Source of the DNA: Myxococcota bacterium
GTDB lineage: Bacteria; Myxococcota_A; UBA9160; SZUA-336
Reading direction: 5' to 3'
DNA length: 64,000 bases
Assembly (NCBI GenBank): GCA_965247115.1
Contig: CBDFGR010000001.1
Location: 128,001 to 192,000 of the forward strand
Numbering within the stretch: position 1 is the stretch's first letter; every line of letters starts with the position of its first letter. The notes beneath the pieces were generated by a model that worked only from the letters and a program-made list of their open reading frames with translations, was not told the origin of the DNA and did not search any database. This document shows, piece after piece, positions 60,221 to 64,000 of the stretch. Both the position numbers and the translations under genes were made by a program.

Positions 60221-60633
60221 TGGATCGCGGCCGACAGGCCGGCTTCTCCTACGTGGAGGTCATCATCGGCACGTTGGTCCTCACGGTGGCGCTCCTGCCG
60301 GCGCTCGACGCCCTGCGAGCCGGCATGCTCAGCGCCGACGTCGACGAGTCGATCACGGCAGCATACGTTCGGCTGCGCGACAAGACGGAGCTCGTGCTGG
60401 CGCAGCCCTTCTACGCGCTGGCGCTGGAAGAGACGAGCGCCGCCGGAGCTCCGAGCGCGTACTCGGACGCCGTCACGACACCCGGTCGGCGCCTGGTCTA
60501 CCTGTATCGCCACGACGGAGACGATGCGGACGGGGACGCAGACCCTGCCACGGGGACCGACGCCGGGATCCTCCGCCTGCGGGTCGTGATCGACCAGACC
60601 CACCACTCGGTCGAGACCCTGGTCTCCCAGTGA
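60220..60633 (+). CDS. Minor pilin, GspI/PilV-like
   Basis: AG|FSYVEVIIGTLVL class III signal. Confidence 0.8.
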   Translation: MDRGRQAGFSYVEVIIGTLVLTVALLPALDALRAGMLSADVDESITAAYVRLRDKTELVLAQPFYALALEETSAAGAPSAYSDAVTTPGRRLVYLYRHDGDDADGDADPATGTDAGILRLRVVIDQTHHSVETLVSQ

Positions 60634-61460
60634 GCCCTCCACTACAGAGGCACTCGGGGTTCACGCTGCTGGAGCTCGTCGCTGTGCTGGCGGGCAGCGC
60701 CATCCTGATGGTGGGGCTGAGCGGCGTCGTTGGACGAGCGCTGGCGACCTGGGACGTGACGCGGGAGCAGACGCAGCTCACGCGGCAGGGACGCTTCGCG
60801 CTGGACAGGATCGTCGCGGCGACGAACGGCGCGGGGCAGCTGCTCGTCCCTGGCCCGGACAACGCGGCCACGGGCTACAGTGAAGCGATCCGCGACGTCC
60901 TGGCCGTGCTGCTGGACCCCACGCTCGACCGGGACCGGGACGGCTTCGTCGATGCCGACAACGACAAGGACGGGCTCGTCGACGAGGACCTGGGCGACGA
61001 CGCCACGAACGACGGCGCGCCAGGGATCGTCGGCGTCGACGACGACAACGACAGCACAACCGACGAGGGCAGCACGCGGGATGACGACGAGGACGGGCTC
61101 GTAGACGAAGATCCTGTGGACGGCACCGATGATGATGGCGACGGCCGCATCGACGAGGACTCGGGGTCGCTCGCCGACGACGATGGAGATGCTATCGCGA
61201 ACGAGGACTGGCTCGATCCCGTCGTCTTTCGCCTGAGCGGGACCACGTTGCTGGAGCGCATTCCCAACCCGAATCCTCTCGACGGAACGGACTACACAGA
61301 GCTGGTGCTCGCAGAGAACGTTAGCCAATTCCGGGTCGAGAGGATCCCACCCGGTACCGATGATCGAGCGCTCCTGGTCCTGATTGCTCTCGAGCTCGTA
61401 GGTCCACAGGGCAGTACGCTCTCTCTCAGCTCGCACGTGCGCGTTCCGAGGCGGCGCTGA
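60630..61460 (+). CDS. Minor pilin, GspJ/PilW-like, with Asp-rich DxDxDG repeats
   Basis: SG|FTLLELVAVL signal, central DxDxDGxVDED repeats and VLAENVSQF. Confidence 0.82.
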   Translation: MSPPLQRHSGFTLLELVAVLAGSAILMVGLSGVVGRALATWDVTREQTQLTRQGRFALDRIVAATNGAGQLLVPGPDNAATGYSEAIRDVLAVLLDPTLDRDRDGFVDADNDKDGLVDEDLGDDATNDGAPGIVGVDDDNDSTTDEGSTRDDDEDGLVDEDPVDGTDDDGDGRIDEDSGSLADDDGDAIANEDWLDPVVFRLSGTTLLERIPNPNPLDGTDYTELVLAENVSQFRVERIPPGTDDRALLVLIALELVGPQGSTLSLSSHVRVPRRR

Positions 61461-61609
61461 CCCGAATGTCGCGACGGGGCCGCAGCTGACGAGCTGCCTC
61501 GCTGCGCAACAGACGCGTCCCTGCCCAGCAAAACACCGAGATTCTCGGGCCCGTTGCCGATACTGACACTACGGGACGAAGTGCACGCGAGAACCCGCGA
61601 GAGAGAGCG

Positions 61610-62800
61610 ATGAAGCTGCTCGACGAGATCTGGGAGCTCTGGTCGACCACCCGGTTTCAGGGCGGCGAGCTACGCGTCTACGCCGAAGAGCACATGGTCG
61701 ACGAGACACGCACGGGTGTTCGCGCAATGAGCGTGGTGTTCCTCATGCTCTTGCTCGGCTCGATCCTGGTGTACGACAAGATAGGCCTGGGCAAGCAGTA
61801 CCTCTACACCAGTGCCGCCCTCGCGGCGCTGTCGGTCCACGTCTACTTCTCTGCTCGAGCAATCAACGAGATCAAGAGCCTGCATGTGCTCGGGATGACG
61901 CTTCTGATCATCAGCGGTACGGCCTTCGTCTTGCTCGCCCATCAGACGGGCGCCTTTGGCGCCGCCCTCTTCAGCAGCGTCGTCCTCCTGTTCATGGTGA
62001 TCCCCATGGTGCCGTGGGGACTGCGCGAGGCCTCGCTCGTCACGCTATTGATCTATGCCGTCTTCTCGTCCTCTACCTGGAGCATGGGGCACCGCTTTCA
62101 GGCCGAGCAGCTCTGGACGCTGCAGCTCTTCATGTTTGCGGCGGCAACGGTGAGCTTGACGCTCGTGGCCCGCGGCGCGAGCGTGCGCAAGCAGGACATC
62201 AGCACCCGCTTCGAGCTCGAGAAATCGCACCGGAAGATGGAGATGCTCAGCCACCAGGACGCGCTGACCGGCGCCTGGAATCGTCGCTATCTCGAAGCGG
62301 AATTCGACGCCTATCTGGAGCGGGTGCACAAGTCCGGAATGCTCATGCACTTCGCCCTGTTCGACGTGGACAACTTCAAGCAGATGAACGACCTGTGTGG
62401 CCACATCTATGGTGACGAGGTGCTCTGCTGGATGGCCGCGAGCTTCCAGGAGAACCTCGGCGAGACGGGCTTCGCCGCCCGAACGGGCGGTGACGAGTTC
62501 GGAGTCGTTCTCAGCGGCGATGAGCCCGAATCGCTGCTGACCCAGTCCATCGAGGACGTTCGGGCGGCTGCCGCTCATGAAGCGAGGCCGGGGGCCCCGG
62601 AAGTGTCGATCAGCGTGGGACTCGTGACGCTCCTCCCCGGCGTCGACGTGTCCCTTGACTCGGCATACCAGGCTGCAGACAAGGCGCTGTACGAGGCGAA
62701 GGAAGGCAAGTCGAGCGGGCCGAGCATGATCCGGATCTCGCGCGTGACGCTGACCTGCAGCACTCGCGGCACAGGGGGAGCCCGGAACCCTGGGCAATGA
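61610..62800 (+). CDS. Membrane-bound diguanylate cyclase
   Basis: About six TM helices, DALTGAWNRR, DVDNFKQMND, intact GGDEF and ADKALYEAK. Confidence 0.92.
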   Translation: MKLLDEIWELWSTTRFQGGELRVYAEEHMVDETRTGVRAMSVVFLMLLLGSILVYDKIGLGKQYLYTSAALAALSVHVYFSARAINEIKSLHVLGMTLLIISGTAFVLLAHQTGAFGAALFSSVVLLFMVIPMVPWGLREASLVTLLIYAVFSSSTWSMGHRFQAEQLWTLQLFMFAAATVSLTLVARGASVRKQDISTRFELEKSHRKMEMLSHQDALTGAWNRRYLEAEFDAYLERVHKSGMLMHFALFDVDNFKQMNDLCGHIYGDEVLCWMAASFQENLGETGFAARTGGDEFGVVLSGDEPESLLTQSIEDVRAAAAHEARPGAPEVSISVGLVTLLPGVDVSLDSAYQAADKALYEAKEGKSSGPSMIRISRVTLTCSTRGTGGARNPGQ

Positions 62801-63915
62801 GGCTCCCGAGCATCAGGTGGCCCCGACGTGGTGTGCACACCGGCATCGGTCCCATTGGCTTCGATCTGGCCGCAGATCAGCTGCACATGGTGCAGATGGA
62901 AGCCGAGCGTGAGAGTCTGCGGGTACACGCCTCGATCTCCCGTCCATACCCGGTAGATCGCGAAGCGATTCTCCGGGCGCCAGCGGACCTGAAGGCGCTC
63001 GTCGCGGGCGCCATGCGAAGCCAGCCCTTTTGCGGCAAGAAGGTCGTGACCGTCGTCCCGGGGGACCAGGTCAAGCTCATGGTGCTGAGCTACGAGCTCG
63101 GCCCGCGAGACTCGGAGCCCGAGCTGATTCTGGCCCTGGTCGAGGAGAGGATCCAGGAGTCCCTCGACGAGTGGGTGGTCGACTACCTCCCGGTCCGGCC
63201 CAGCCATGAGAAGCAGAGCGAGCTGTCCGCCCTCATTGCGATCGTACGCGAGGAGGTTGTCATCCAGTATCTCGAGCTCTTGCGCCGCGCCGGTCTCGAG
63301 GTGGAGGCGTTGGAGATCTCACCGGTGGCGATCCGACGCCTGGTTACGCGGCTCGCAGTTCGGGACCTGGAGGAGGACGTGATGATCCTCCACTTCGGTC
63401 GCGAGAAGAGCCACCTGACGGTCCTGTGGGGGCGAAGGCTGATCCTGTATCGCGAGATCGAGTTCGGCCTGGACCGAGCCATCGAGCAGGTGGCGAAGTC
63501 GCCGGATCTTCCTGTCGGGCCGGCCGCGTCTCTGCTCGCGGAGTATGGCGTGTACCCCGACGGTCCCTACGCTGGGTTGGACCGGGCGTCGGCCGAGATC
63601 GCCGAGACCGCGCTGGAGATTCTCACACCGGGCTTCGCGGCCGTGGCCGAGCAGATCGAGAACGCGCTCGTCTACACCGCGTCGCGGACGCGGGGGGCAT
63701 CGGTGGATCTGATCTATCTGGTCGGGACCGTCGCTCGCTGGCCCGGCGTCGACAGGCTGGTGAACTCGCTCTCTTCGATCCCGGTGCGGATCCTGGATCC
63801 GCTCCAGGCTGTGACTGGCAGGCAGGGTCCCTCCGCCGTGGCGCAGGGGGGAGCTGCTTCGGGGATCGCGCTCGCGACGAGTCTCGCGCTGAGGGGCTTC
63901 GGCGACGGTGAGTGA
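62797..63915 (+). CDS. PilM-like actin-fold alignment protein
   Basis: GPIGFDL, AGLEVEALEISPVAI and IYLVG motifs; followed by a PilN-like start. Confidence 0.85.
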   Translation: MRLPSIRWPRRGVHTGIGPIGFDLAADQLHMVQMEAERESLRVHASISRPYPVDREAILRAPADLKALVAGAMRSQPFCGKKVVTVVPGDQVKLMVLSYELGPRDSEPELILALVEERIQESLDEWVVDYLPVRPSHEKQSELSALIAIVREEVVIQYLELLRRAGLEVEALEISPVAIRRLVTRLAVRDLEEDVMILHFGREKSHLTVLWGRRLILYREIEFGLDRAIEQVAKSPDLPVGPAASLLAEYGVYPDGPYAGLDRASAEIAETALEILTPGFAAVAEQIENALVYTASRTRGASVDLIYLVGTVARWPGVDRLVNSLSSIPVRILDPLQAVTGRQGPSAVAQGGAASGIALATSLALRGFGDGE

Positions 63916-64000
63916 GATCGACCTGATCCCCGGGCATTACCGGCGGGTACAGCAACTTCGCCGCACGTTTTACAGGCTCGCGGCCGTCGCGGTCGTGGGC
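63908..64000 (+). CDS. PilN-like protein (3'-truncated by window edge)
   Basis: GTG start gives MSEIDLIPGHYRR (IN/DLLP-type motif) followed by the start of a TM segment. Confidence 0.7.
   Translation, partial: MSEIDLIPGHYRRVQQLRRTFYRLAAVAVVG

Overview
High-GC bacterial chromosomal segment, almost entirely on the + strand. Gene order and content suggest Myxococcota or another deltaproteobacterial lineage (inference). Bases 1-51 kb are mostly housekeeping: tilS-ftsH-cdaA-cdaR-glmM-pdxJ-acpS-nnr-tsaE-lysC, iscS-mnmA-rnc-era, an acyl-CoA carboxyltransferase/IcmF/methylmalonyl-CoA mutase/MeaB cluster, a SofG/MglA-like GTPase, ribBA, a MoxR-VWA pair, miaB, guaBA, dnaE and thrS-infC-rpmI-rplT-pheST-ihfA-merR. 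From about 52 kb the region is accessory: a PilZ gene, a PKD-OmpA gene with a damaged 5' end, and a type IV filament (T4P/T2SS-like) cluster that runs off the window. Most notable observations: (1) the filament cluster has a STAS domain fused to an MshEN-type c-di-GMP-binding assembly ATPase, a diguanylate cyclase inside the operon and an upstream histidine kinase; (2) an unannotated ~170-nt minus-strand sRNA candidate has its own sigma70-like promoter and terminator (29252-29423); (3) three coupled genes before guaB encode degenerate signalling domains (RxxD-only GGDEF; pseudo-receiver-DUF4388-pseudo-GTPase; cNMP-binding); (4) the AcpS homologue lacks its catalytic acidic residues; (5) a structured ~100-130 bp intergenic repeat family shows covarying hairpins; (6) thrS has a candidate leader peptide. 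No rRNA, tRNA, CRISPR array or transposase was recognised. All calls come from reading motifs by eye; no searches were run.
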